NCBI GenBank assembly: GCA_973895155.1
Contig: OZ316898.1
Location: forward strand, 17,164,752 to 17,228,751
Direction: 5' to 3'
From: Marsupella aquatica
Taxonomy: Eukaryota > Plantae > Marchantiophyta
Length of the DNA: 64,000 nt
Shown here: piece after piece, positions 12,408 through 25,218 of the stretch
Position numbering within the stretch: the stretch's first letter is position 1
Layout of the letters: each line of letters begins with the position of its first letter
Notes under the pieces: model-generated
The model's input: only the letters and a program-made list of their open reading frames with translations
Databases searched by the model: none
Told to the model about the DNA's origin: nothing
Translations under genes and position numbers: made by a program

Positions 12408-15293
12408 TCACAGACCTAAAGAATTCGCAGTGATGAGACAGGATGAATTTGCCAAGGGATGGCTACAGTTAGAGATGTGTTGCTTCAGAATCGGAAGACT
12501 TCGATGAGCACTGCGACATCGATGACAACGAAGCTCAAGCGACATTTCTCCATCTTTGCCACTAATTTGCACTCGTCCCTTTCCCTCCAGCTGATCAAGC
12601 ACATCCAACGAATCAAGAAAGAATGAAGTTGTGAAAGAATTCCAATGCTTCTGATTCTTTAAGGAAGCGGAGTCGAAATCCTGACTGACGACATGCAAAT
12701 GCACTTGCCGCATCGATGGGACCTAAGCACAATCCACGACAACACATGTAATGAATTAAGACATCTCCGAGACCTACAAAAATCTGAAAATAGACTCAAA
12801 ACACTCTGGGGCACACTACAGCAAGGACCAGGAATTCCGGAAGTATGACTGCGTGGTATAACGAGTACTTCTGGAAAGGTAGTTATTTCCGAGGTCTAAG
12901 ACATCTGTGCTGAAAATGGCATGTTAGTCGGGTTACAATTAAGAAAATCGAAGCGGTCAAGTATGTAAGCAGGAGGCATACCCAATGGAAAACTAGTGGA
13001 TAACCGTCTTCCATATCTATGCCGACACGAAATAAACCACGCTGCTGAGTAATCCTACATATACTAGCTGGTCCGCTCAGAGAAAAAGGACCACGAACGT
13101 CGATTTAATAGCTTTTCGACAGTACATTCATAGATTTTACAGCAACACAAATAGGATCCTAAAATAGACGGATTGCAGGCATTACCGCATGGTAGCCCAG
13201 GCGGAAAATGAGCGAGGGATCCTCCTTGAGGAAACGGGCAGCCCATTCCTCTCCAAGGGAATGCATGTGACGCAACACAGGTAAATGCTCCTTTTGGACA
13301 TTGTCAAGGGTGTCGAGTCCAGGTCGCCTAGCGACAACAAGAAGATGCCTTTTTGCCTGCCAGCAGGCCCAAAATCAGAAACTCGAGCGAGTGCTCTAGA
13401 CATGTCCACGAAGCTAGCTTGCACTCAACCGACTCGATCTCATTGTCAAGAACAATGAATAAATAAAATCCACTTTTCGAGATAGTAAACCGATCACTGT
13501 AGCAGCTATATTTTGTACGAGAAGCTCCAAACCACTGAGCCATTTCCGAAAAGTCCCTAATCTCAAACAAGTCCAACCCGAAACTTAGGAGAGGACTTTG
13601 GACACCCGGTAAAATTCCCAACCTAGTCACCAACAGCAAGCTGGCTAACCATAGGAAACCAGCACTTTTCGTGATGGCTCAACCACAAGACATTATCTGA
13701 CAGCTACATCCATAAGATGAACTCCGAAATCACTCAACCAATTTTCCCTACCATCAGGCTAAGCACCGTGACATCAGTTTCTGCTTTCAGGAAGTGCTTG
13801 TCTAAGCCACAAAGCCATACGCTCCAAAGGACACTTGACAAGCGGCTTTAGACGATAAGGTTGCCTTCGAATAGCCGTAACATAAAAGAGAGTACGATGA
13901 ATTGACAAGAAAATCACCGCTTTTCCCAAAGATTGGAAAGGTCGGGACAATGAGGCAATACGGTACCTTGGGAAACTTGTCAAGAAGAACAACAGCATCA
14001 TCTGTAGTTTGTAAGAGAACATCTTTGTGTTGCTCTGGATGCATAGCAGCTTTATAAAGTGGAAGAGACCAAGCGCCCCACCGCTTTCCATCATTTGTGC
14101 CACCCTGCTGATTACCTGCTCGAGGTAGAACTTCTTTACGGTTACGTTTGGACGCTTGCATAAGGACTGTGAATGCATTTTCTGAAGGCTTCTGATGGGC
14201 ACCCTCAGTGACAACGATAGGTCTAGTTTCGTCGTAACTGCAGCCACCCACCTTTAGGCTAGCTTTTACTTTACTTTTAGGTCCCATAACAACGGTTGAT
14301 CTCACAATGGAGGAAAAGTTTTGGAACAAACTAGCATACGAACTTTGTAAGATTCTGCCGCCTTCAGAGTAGTCACCAGACAGGCAATTAGGCCGCTGTG
14401 GATTCATGTTTGGTCCCAGAACATGAATCACATGTGTAACACCTTCATTGATATAAAGTGGCGAGGATTCTGGGAGCTGAACAGCAACAGATGTTCCAGG
14501 ATTGAGGGTTCGAGCCACCTTTTTGGTGGCACGTTCAAGATCTGGACCTGCAGCTGAGTATATTGCAGCATTTACACCACCTCCACCAGCCTTCAATCGC
14601 CTAAACAAGCAAGTTTTAATCAAGAAAGTAGACACAATTCAGCCTTGGGTTTGACAGAAACAAGTTTGACAGAAATTCAGAGAGAAAAAAAAACTTGAGA
14701 ACAGAAAATCTGGTCACGCGAGCTTGAAATTGTCAAAGCTTTTTCAAATTCATGCATTGGATACAAGAGCCACCTTAAGGTCTGCATTTGTCTTGATGCT
14801 GTTAAAAACTTAGGATTGGAAACTGGTAAATTGTGCACAGGTTTAGACCATCACAAGAATGGGGTGTGCTAAGAAAATTTGGAAAAACCTGTCGAGTATG
14901 ACTATGACGGAGTGTTGATACCTAGAACTTAGCTAATTTTACCGCCAAACTGTAAATATCTTACCAGTTCGCTGCATTGGCTATAATCTTGCATGCTGGT
15001 CCATTAGAAGAGCGCAACTTCGTGATGTCCCCAACGAAAGTAAGGAATCTACTAGAATCCAAGCCTTTTTCTCTTGACTTTCTGGAGACAAGGGTCAGCA
15101 TGTGTGAATTGGTCAAGTCAATCAGGATCAGCCTCGTCTTCGACTCTTCAGTCTTTAAAAACTTCGCCACAGCTTCTACGAGCACAGTCGATGCCTTTTC
15201 ATGATCAAATTGAAAAACCGACGTTGATATGGATGGGAAAGCCAAAGTGCTAGATCCTTTGTCTTCTAGGGGAACACTGTTGGCTATATCCAT
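12408..15293 (-). CDS. APTX: Plant aprataxin-like protein (macro domain + HIT + zinc finger; bHLH140/APTX-type), 4 exons, 482 aa, no intact N-terminal kinase domain
   Basis: Exons 15293-14965, 14600-13967, 13356-13186 and 12722-12408 give an open 1449-nt frame. Macro motifs LAFPSIST, GDITKL, IANAANWRLKAGGGGVNAAI and VIHVLGPNMNP. Aprataxin HIT motifs DKFPKAKRHLLVV and [32 protein letters not shown]. Zinc finger LRCHRC..LKQHISNC. Confidence 0.92.
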
Positions 15294-15299
15294 ACCCTT

Positions 15300-16040
15300 A
15301 CAAGCGTCCGTTCAGCGAACTTTCAGCATTTGCCCGTTCTCTCTTTCCACCTTCTTGACTCTTGCGGCCTCTCGTCTCTCAGCTTGCTAATTCAAGCTCT
15401 ATAATTTGTCATCTTTGCATGATGCATTATATCATTTCCAAGTACCCAAGAGCATAGCATTCTCGCTCTTACGCACCGAAGATACTCCAAATGATTCGAA
15501 GGGAGTAGCTCCCTAAACTGTTGAACTGCTCTCTCAACTTCAGTATGCGTACTGCAAAACGTTTATTCGAGAAATTGTGTTCAGGTACTGACGGAAGAAG
15601 GCGGTTGATTTACGTCGAGTGCTTTCACCCTGAGCTCAGTTGTTGACATTCCTGACACTAGCAAGTTTGTGCTAAGAAAGTTAAGAGACAGCAAGTCTCT
15701 CAATATCGTGGAGGGAGGCAAGAACCATTTAACAACGGTCAAGTGCTGCAAGTCCACGGAAACCGAAACAAGTATACGAGGAACAATTAAAAATAACAAA
15801 GGAAATCGACACTTCGCAGACCTCCAAAAGAGTCCTCGGCTGTCTATTAGAATCACCCTCGATTTAATTAAAAAATCTTCATTAATTAAAAGCAGAAGAG
15901 CCCCCAATGTCATCATTACTTTTCCAGGGCTCAATTGCTTCATCAGAAGTTAGAAACGAATCCTTACATCCAGCCTTTGGAATGGTCCTCTGCAGCAGAG
16001 TCAATCTTGTCATGTCCATGAGGGATGAAGTGGTAGTACC
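15300..16040 (-). pseudogene. Putative decayed N-terminal P-loop (AAA_33/PNK-like) kinase domain of the aprataxin-like gene
   Basis: Frameshifted, collinear fragments: PHGHDK, ..KGWM, EDFLIKSRVILIDSRGL, HLTVVKWFLP, LLPSVPEHNFS/RI/TFCSTHTEVERAVQQFRELLPSNHL../IFG and DIMHHAK. These follow the recalled order of plant APTX N-terminal motifs (PPGSGK, RPW, GKSVFIDRCNL, HAVVLELP, ELPKVNEGFSRIMFC..DVDNAV..PSGCFG, GIMKF). Confidence 0.6.
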
Positions 16041-16213
16041 TGTCTCCGAGAAGACACTCAGATAGAGGAATTATGTCGGGAGTATTTTAAAGTACTCTGA
16101 TATCGATCTTTGAATCATTCACATCGTATCGAACGGCTTATTTGCCAGATCCTGACCCTCATCGTCGCCCCCAATAGATAGGAATAGAGTATTTTATAAT
16201 TACGAACGACGAT

Positions 16214-17165
16214 TCACTTGTCTTTGTAAAGTTCAGGCATCTGCAATCCAACTCTGTTGGCTGTATCTTTCAAGCGTGCTTTCTGCTCTGCAACTCTATC
16301 CACACCGATATTATACGAGAGGAGCAGCTTCTGAATCAAGCACAGAGTATCAATAAGGGTAGTGGTAACTAAGTTGAAAACATGATCAATAGAACGTCAG
16401 AATCTATCTCTCAATACCAGAACCAACCCTACAGCCGAGATAAATTCAACTACAAGGGCTCAGCTGATAGAATCTCCTTCAGTGCCTTACCACTAACTCT
16501 AACTTAGAACATCCAGATGAATCTTTGTGCTTTTGTGGCACTATCGGTAATAAAGGACCGTCACCTCTTTCTCTAGTAGTATTAGACCCTCATGTTAAAT
16601 ACTCCTCTTAGATACTGATCTCAACTCTATATCTTATATCTTAGTCTAAACCCTCGTCCTAAACAAGACAATAGGAAGTCAAAAGTGCTACTAAGGCAAA
16701 TGCGAAGAAGGTAAAGCATTCACTTTAAGGCCTTTGTTCAAAACCGACTAGATATGGGCGAGATCACACACCCGCCTGAAGGCAAATATAAAAACATGAT
16801 ACTGAAAATGAAACTCAATAGCAGTCTCTAATTTGACAGTTTGAGCCCGGTGAACAAGCAAGCAGCACAGGTTCTTACGATCGACATCAAAAGCAATGTC
16901 TTCAATGTATTTACCCCGGGCCTGCAAGTTAAGATTGCACAAACACGCACTGTGAAGTCGTTACCTTGTGATAGTGAACGCTAGTGACGAGGGTGGTGTA
17001 GTCCTTCGCAAGATTTAGTTTCTGCTGAATAATGACAGGATCAGAGAGATCTCTATGCTTTCTGAACTCTGCCGCTACGAACTGCCGGAATTGAGGATTC
17101 CCAGAATCATTGGTCAGATGGGTCTTCAGAGCTTTCAACAAACTCCTGTACACCGGCCTCGCCAT
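16214..17165 (-). CDS. FMC1: FMC1-like mitochondrial LYR-motif protein, 2 coding exons, 105 aa
   Basis: Exon 17165-16965 (MARPVYRSLLKALK..FVAAEFRKH..LAKDYTTLVTSVHYHK) is followed by gtaac...ttcag and exon 16330-16214 (KLLLSYNIGVDR..LKDTANRVGLQMPELYKDK*). It has a LYR-like VYR start and an FMC1-type C-terminal A.RVGL..P motif. Likely 5' UTR exons lie at about 18550-18352, 18103-18036 and from 17250. Confidence 0.8.
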
Positions 17166-18844
17166 TTCATATTTTTAGAGGGCGTCCATACGGTGATTTA
17201 CTTAACACAGGCTCGAGCTCTGTCAGAGGACGCTCATCCGCTGTAGACGCCTACAAGTTGAAATTGAAACTGAAGCTGCGAATCAATTTGAACCACCGTC
17301 ACATATAGCAAATATCAAATACCATAAGCGCAAGAGGCAAGCGATTTCTTCCACTGAAAGCGGAATGTAAAAAACGAACACTTGAAATGCGACATCGACA
17401 GACGACGCCGAATCCTAAACAAATCAAGCTAGGGTCGCTCTGGATATGGTGAATCAGACTTAATCCACTTTTGAATAAGAATGTTGTGGAGGAAAGAAAA
17501 GAATCCAGTACAATGAGACTTAAAGACTGAGCTCAGCAATGCACTCTCTTGATAGAATCCGACATCTGAAGAACTCGAGACTAGAGCTGCGTAAGTTCCT
17601 AGAATGATTCAGAGCCGATGGCCACTGTGCTCAAACCCTACCAGATTTCGTGGAATAAATTTGACTTGATGAAAATGGATGTCAATATTTAGTTCAGAGA
17701 GTCCCGAGTGTCCGAAATGCACACAGCGCACAGTGAAGTACGTAAAGTAGCTCGAATTAAAACAATGCGGAGAGGGACGGAGCTGGGCAGGCAAGTGCAT
17801 TGCAGTGGAATGGAGTTGGCGAAGAACGAGGCAGGCCGGCTGGCAGAGAAGAAGGACACCGAAGACAGACTTGCAAATAGGCACAAAGATAGGACTCCTG
17901 ATCACTAGGAGGACGAGAGTACATTTGAATGCTAAAACTGAAACCAAGCAAGTCCAAGATTGCCGAAAAGTGAAGAAGAACAAGGGAGCTTGTTAAATTA
18001 GAGCTCAACAAAGATTGCTGAAATAGTGAACATACGTATGACTACAAAGAGAATAATACGTCAACCGGAGGCATAACTTCGAAAGATATAGGGTAACCCT
18101 AAACCTACAGAATGCCTTGCAATCGTCGGTTCTCTGATTCTCCACAGTAATCTAAAGCTTTAATGCACAAGAAAGTCATGGAACTGACAAGAAAACTACA
18201 ACGTTGAAAGACATGATTCGTCGCACTCAACTATGACAAGTCACGGCTTCGATCTTCAATTTCTTCCGTCTCTGGGCAACCCTTTCTACGTAGAAACTCG
18301 TGATACATTCACTCTGATGTTCATTGGATTTGAAGGAAAATTATGACATACCAGTGCACGAGCATGAGGCTTGGAGATGTAATTTCATCACAGCCGAATC
18401 ACTCCAAGCTCCGTGAAGTCCGGTCTCGACATCCCACACTCTCCCGATCGAAGAAACTCGAAATGAAGCGCAGAAACAAATCGAGACTCTGAATTCGCAA
18501 ATTCGCCACCTTCCATAGACTTCACTCGTTTGAGACTCTTTTAATTCGATCAGGCTCTCTGGTCGCCAGATCCAACGGTAGTCCTTAAACATCACCAGAT
18601 CTAACGATGAAGATTAGATAGGTCAGACATGTCTCACAAGCTTATTTTCTTAAGGTTTCTTAAGCTTTTTTGTTTTCAGTCGTGTGGCGAATTTCTTTCT
18701 CTAATTAATCTCTTTTGACCAGATTATTTTTTAATTAAGGGTTTTGCTTTTTGGCTAGACTGGCTAATGTTCCATTGTGTGTTAAGGAGAAGATGCTCAA
18801 AATATGGAAACGATACTCAAAATATTCATTATTTTCGTGACACT

Positions 18845-19230
18845 CAGATCTCTCTAGATTTAAGGGAGACCCATAGATTCTGGCTAAAGGGGATCTCTCT
18901 AGATTTAAGGGAGACCCTTAGCTTAGGCTAAAGGGGCCTGTGATTAGGTGGGACACTAGCTAATGAGAAGAAAAATACTCTCTAGCAAATTTTTGCCAAA
19001 AGCGGTGAAAGCTTTTTGGGGAAGTGAAATTTGGCAAATTTCTGCCACTAAAAAAAACTATGTTCCTGACTGTTAGATATCCCTAGAATTCAGAAAGACT
19101 TTAGATTGTGACAAATAGGGTCCATGACCTAGTGGGAAAGTGACAAATGACACACATAGAATCTAGGGAGTTTGTGCCAAAAGTGGGGGGAAGTGGAATT
19201 TGGCTAAAACTTGCACCTAAAAAATAGGTT
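18845..19230 (-). mobile_element. Same dispersed repeat family (copy B)
   Basis: TCTCTCTAGATTTAAGGG...TAGATTCTGGCTAA is the reverse complement of the copy A core and is locally duplicated. Confidence 0.65.
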
Positions 19231-19419
19231 GTGTCTCACCCTAGCATACTTCCCACTTGCCACAAGTTGGACGAAAAGGTTTGCACAAAACATGATTATT
19301 AAAAATTCACTGAAAAGAAAAAAAAATAGGTAGTGCTTGTGAAATTGGAAAATATTCTACAATGCACATATTGTACTAATAAATCTACAACTATTAGAAG
19401 GGATTTTGTCTTTTTTTGT

Positions 19420-22400
19420 ATTATTGAAAATACAAAAAAGCTCTTGGGCGGGAAAGATCCACAACCGTTAAAATCGATTAACTGTTTTCCCTGACCATTG
19501 ATGAAAGAAATGTGCATTCTGGCACATATGTGCTTCCCGTTGCCCCATAAATGCCTTGGCCCGACTCCCTATGGGTTTGGCCCTCCTTGCACCTTGCAAC
19601 AGGCATAGGGCTCATGGCTAGTAGAACCTAGAGTTGGGGTCTATTCTTATAGAGTAAGGCCTCCAGATTGTAATCCCTAGGACCCCACTAATTTTATGTA
19701 CATGGAAAAAAAATGAGATATTGTGTATGTTAACAAGGAGGAGTATGATGTATATTCATATTCAAAGAATGAGCATTTAAGCTCACTATTTATAATATAC
19801 AACAAAAGCTAGTTGGAGTTGGGATCTAGACTATAACTCTAGATAAATTAAATTAAATTAAATTAATAAAGACAAAACAAATGGAAGTAAAACACTGTGG
19901 AGCAAAGATGGAGGGGATACATAGATTCTTCTGTAAGTCTTTTTTTAATTTCATATCTCTATTTACATTAAAGAATAGGCATTTAAGCTTGTAATTGGAT
20001 ATTCTAAGCATTCGATGTATACTAGGACATTTTGATGTAAAACACTGGTATGTCTATAGTGTATAAATTATTTTAAAAAGTGAATCGTAGATAAATAATT
20101 TATGCCATGGCACGATAATTATAGTACTTTTTGGTGCAGGCAAAAACACTATAGTTCCTGCAGTAGGCACCCTGCCCTACTCAGTTCCGCAAAAAAACCT
20201 TAATTTGAAGTGAAGCCCTTAATTCATCTTTCCATGTTGTTGGGAGAGATTAACATGGCTTAATGGCAATATCATCGATTTAGCATGCCCAAAAATGATC
20301 AAAATGAAGGTGCTACTGCTGTACATGAATATTCATTGTTTGATTGAGATTAGTGGGTCTAAAAATAAATAATCAAATCATCCATGGGTTCATGTCATCA
20401 GCACAGGTTAGAGCTAGTCCATTATATAGCAATGAGGTTTTACAAAAGTTGACCGGGACAAGCCACCTCACTGCTCACATCGCTCTGCATAATTGCTCCA
20501 TGCCAAGGCATAGGTCATGAGCTATTGTGGGTATTGGTCAGGTTCCAAAACCCTCCTGACAACCACTCTCACCAGACTTGCATATTATAAAAAGAGCCTG
20601 TGTTTGACGAGGTGCTTGATGGAGCCAAACCCACAGTGTGAACTTGACATGTTAGGCTCATGAAAAGTGGACCCTCGTTTATCATGCCAAACATATGGAT
20701 CCTTGTCATTTTGACATTTTCTTTGCCTGGTCATGTCCCTTGTCACCCCTAGGACCTAGGTTCTTAGAGAGGACCGTCTCCCCTGCCACCTGGCAACTTC
20801 TGCTATCACCTTTTGTTTCTCAACGTACACGTGGTTGTAACACTTTTTTGTATGATCACGGACATACAACACTATTCTGTCTAGAGCCATCAGTTTGCTT
20901 GGGAAGAATTACGTACAGTGCACTTATATGGAGTGGGATATTTGTAGCCCAATGTATAGCCTGAACTGTGGGTTACAATTCCTGTTGTCATAAAGTAGTA
21001 ATATCCCATGGGATTACCACTGAACTTAGATAGCCATTGACTTACAATACTAATCCAATGGCATAGATCATCCAACAAGCCAAGAGGTTTAACTTGAGGG
21101 TGAACATTCTTGTGAAAATTTGCACAGTAGTTCCTAAGGGTAGTCTTGCATGTCAAGAGCCCTTTCTTGTATGGCCCCGTAGAACTCCTAATTTCTGGTT
21201 AGTGGATTTTGATTGTCCATAGAATCTGCCACTTTGTTGTGTGTGAGTTTACTGAGTGTCAACTTTCTCTTGTTTTACTCAATTTGTAAGGTTCAAGACC
21301 TCAACGCCCAGAAAGTTTCTGGCCCTTGCCCTTGATTATTCACCACATAATGCCTAAGGAGAGGTTGAGGCATAAGAGTCTCATTCCATGTTGGAATGCC
21401 ACCCGTTCAGTTGAGCGCGGAGATTCAAGGGCCGCCCATATGCAAGATGACCCTTAAGGTTTTGTTATTCCCAGTTGGCAAACAATGAGTGCCCCCTTGC
21501 TCATGGTAAGTGTCAACAACAGATATGATCCTGCACAACATGAGGAAAGGCTCTTTGTGCCCAAAATCCATGCTTGTCTGTATTCACATGCATAGTGAAA
21601 ATATCCACACAAAAAATGTTACCAAAAATATTGTGGCCTATGATTTCACTCTACACTGGGTCAGAAGGGTACTTACATCGCATTGCATATTACATATAAT
21701 TTAGGTAATAGGTTATTATGGGGCATAACTTCCCCAAAACAGAGGCCTATAGTTCGAGTTTTGAGAGATTGTTATTGACCACATTGCCCTTGTAAAAGTG
21801 GCATTAATAGTTAATGATTTAATAGATTTTGTTGTCTATGAAAAGTATGTTTAGGTAATGTAGAAGAGAATTTTCATAATTTTTCCAATCCTAGCCATTT
21901 TATTTACTTTTTCCAAACAGGAACTACTGATCTACAAATATTACTAACCACAGAATTTTGTGAGCTGCTCAAAATCTGGATGTGCATTTCTTCCTCATAT
22001 AGCATGCTCATCTTGAACATGCTTTATTTTTTGTCTTGTAATGATCTGAAAATAAATAAAACATGAGAACATAGAAATGCTGTTATATAAGTAAAGTGTC
22101 TGCCAAGAAAAGCACAGTGACCAAGAAAAAGCACAATCAAACAATGCTACGATGTGTGCACTTAACTCAGGGTGCCTTATGAATGACACTCCTTTCAATA
22201 AAAACCATAACCTAGGAAAGAAAAACATGAGGAGAACTTAAGAGGCTATGCATTCATGTTCTTAAGCATCATTTCTCTCACTCGTGGTGGTGGCGCCTTT
22301 GGTTTCATCTCTAAGAAAACACCTACTGTGAAAGGGGGCTGCCAAAATAAGTTCAAAACACACTAGAATACCTAAAACTAAAGGGGTCTAAAAATTAATT

Positions 22401-23262
22401 AAAAATGTATAGAATACAAAGGCTGCCCCTTGATAAGGCAGATTGAAATGAAAATACATGACACAAAAATCTGAATAAGACAAAATCTGAAATGTGCATT
22501 CACCATTATAGTAGCTTCAAAATGAGTCATAAAGGAACTGAAAATTACAACGAGAAAATCACTAAGGACATTAAATTGAAGCATCAACTTTTAGCTCCTT
22601 TGTCACTAACGATATTTGATTGACAATGTTACTATTCTGTATATAGATGTCATTCAATGTAACCAAATCATATATGAAAAACATGACATATTTGTAAATA
22701 TAATCAAAACATTGATAATCTTATTGAGAAGTGCCAGCTGAAGTCTCTAGAGTGTAGCTCCCAATATAAACAAAATTGAAGATGTGGTTTATTAAGATCA
22801 AAATTTTCAATGAGGATGGACAAAAGTAAAATTGACTTTAAATAAAGACAAAACTGAAATGAGAATGGACAGAAAACAAGGATGTGGCAAAGACTGACCA
22901 AAATAACATATAAATCTTATTGTGCAAGATTTCTCTTCATATTTATTTACATTCAAGGAATGGGTCATCAGGCTAGTATTGTAAATTGAAACATACTTAG
23001 TGACAACATGCACTAACATGCATTAATCTACAATTATAATAAGGGATCCACTTTTTTTTTTCCTTCGTCCCAATACAAAAAAACTCTTGGGTGAAAAAGA
23101 TACACAGTCCTTGAATTTGATTAAGTATTTTCTTTCACCATTGATGAAGAAAATATGCATCCATGACACAGATGTGCTTTACTCAGCCCCATAAATACCC
23201 TGACCTGACTCCATATAGGCAGGCCCTCCTTGCACCGTCCCACACATGGACATAGGGCTCGT
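19420..23262 (+). repeat. Pair of diverged direct repeats of about 200 bp (19420-19620 and 23070-23262)
   Basis: Shared AATACAAAAAA.CTCTTGGG..AAAGAT.CACA, ACCATTGATGAA, GCCCCATAAAT, GGCCCTCCTTGCACC and CATAGGGCTC. Confidence 0.7.
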
Positions 23263-23659
23263 CAAGTATAGTTACAAACCTGGACCACTTGTCCTGTATC
23301 AAGCTGCCCCCACCATTGCATGCCCATGCGCCTGCCGACTCCCCAAGTTTCTCATGTCTGTTTAGGGCCTCTCATATCAACAAAGGGGATTTCTTGGGTC
23401 CCCCCATAAAACCCAGCTTGATACTCGTGGCAGGTGAGCATCCCTTTTTAATTCTTTTTAAAGAGTAGGCTGTGGAGGACATCTACGCCATCTAAATTTC
23501 CTGCTTATACGGAGAATATTTAGGTCTATTTAGATGGGGGCGACTTCCCTTGGCCTCTAGGTAAATGTTTTAAAATTTCCTTTTCCCCCTTTCTATCGGC
23601 CAGCAAGGATTTCAGGTAAGATTCAGACCAGTTTGCACTTTGAAAAAGGATGGTCCCCA

Positions 23660-24140
23660 CCAATGTCCTCTTGCCACCCGGCTCTCCACCTCGACCTACT
23701 TGGGTGCGACAAGTGTACTCCGAGAGTCCGGAGCTGCCCTCTGTCCATCCGAAGGAAGGGAGTCCCTAGCCCCATATTTTATCTTTCCATTATTTTAACC
23801 TTTTCTTTCCCTAGTCGGCCACGATTCGTCAGATTCCAGAACAATCCGACCCCTACGAAAAGAAACCGTTCCTAATCGGACGTAGCCCTAGGACCAAGGG
23901 ACACCATGCCGACCCAGCCCTGTGATCCCCGAGAGTGCCGAGCGTCCCGACCAATGCCCTCTCGCCACCCGGCTCCCCACCCCACCTACTTAGCCTCGAC
24001 AAGTGGACTCCGAGACTCCCGGAGCTGCCGCCTGGCTACGAGGAGCCCCAAGCCAACAGCATCTTTCCTATACTTTACCTTTTCTTTTCAAATTCGGACA
24101 GGATGAGACGAGTCATCGAATCGGATGTAACCTTCGGTCC
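23660..24140 (+). repeat. Tandem duplication, period about 290 bp
   Basis: CCAATG.CCTCT.GCCACCCGGCTC.CCACC..ACCTACTT....CGACAAGTG.ACTCCGAGA..CCGGAGCTGCC at about 23660 and about 23951. Confidence 0.7.
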
Positions 24141-25218
24141 AAGGGGCACGATTTCGATCGTCGATCTCGTAATCGAGGGCCCCCATTGCTTGTTGTGCGA
24201 GTAATAGGGGTGTAAGTCCGACGGAAAGGTGTAACGAGTGTCTGACCCCGTCTTTTACTATTATGCCCCCCTGTTCCCTGTAGTTGTCAGTCGCGAGGGG
24301 GGAGTAAAAGACGCGGGGCCGCGTGGAAAGAAACGGCGAACTCGGTTCGACGAAGGGGTTTCGGGGTTTCTGTCCCGTGTCTCGGACTCTGCCGAACGAA
24401 GAGAGCGGACGGACGAGAGAGAGAGAGAGAGAGAGAGGGCTTTCGAGGGCCAATTCCTCGATCGATCGATCGATTGAAGGTCGAAGAGGCGATGGAGAAG
24501 ATCTAGCGAGAAAGATTGACGAAGGGGGCGGGGCGGCGGCGGCGGCGAGGATTGCAAAAGGCAGAGACCTCGACCTGGGATTTTTTCCGCTGAAACGGAT
24601 GGAGCTGTTTCGCGGCCGCTGTTGCTAATGGGTGGGATAGACGAAGATATTTGCCATCAATTGTTTGCTTTTCGGGAGGAGGAAATCTCGTGTGGACGTA
24701 CGCCTCTAAATTCTAATCGTACGCACGCCTCCCATTTGACACGGTCGATTCTGTTGCTCTGGTAGCTATGCGCAGGGATGAGTGATTGAATGCCTTTCAG
24801 AATTGCTGCGCGGAGAGTAGAGTATTCTCCACTGCGAGGGGTGGGGTTGTCAGGGGAGAGGACAATTTCTGGATGATGCGTTTTTTCTTGTGTCTGTCTA
24901 TTTGGAGAGGTGCGGATGGGATGGGGGGATTTGTCGTAGGGCTCTGCCGCTCCAGGCGGGGCTGAAGTGAAGGAAGAAAATTTGGAAGCAGGAGAGAAGC
25001 TTGTGTGATATTGGGTCGCCTTCGGGCGGGGGAGATCTTTGGCTGGCGAGCGGAAGGAGGAGAGGAGGAGAGGAGGAGAGGTGGAGGAAGGGGCACCCAT
25101 GAAGGTTATTGATTGATTCGGGAACGTGAGTTCGTGATTTTAGATATTAACTCTGCCTGCCTGCCTGGAACGGAGTTGGATTGTTGCATTGTTGGCGTGT
25201 AACTTTTCCTTTCCCTCA

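Noticed and set aside
12690-12722. First His of the HIT triad replaced (SMRQVHLH)
   Set aside because: Q at this position is, as I recall, normal for plant aprataxin-like proteins, so it is not evidence of inactivation.
15581-15943. 120-aa ORF as an independent gene
   Set aside because: Better explained as part of the decayed APTX kinase domain.
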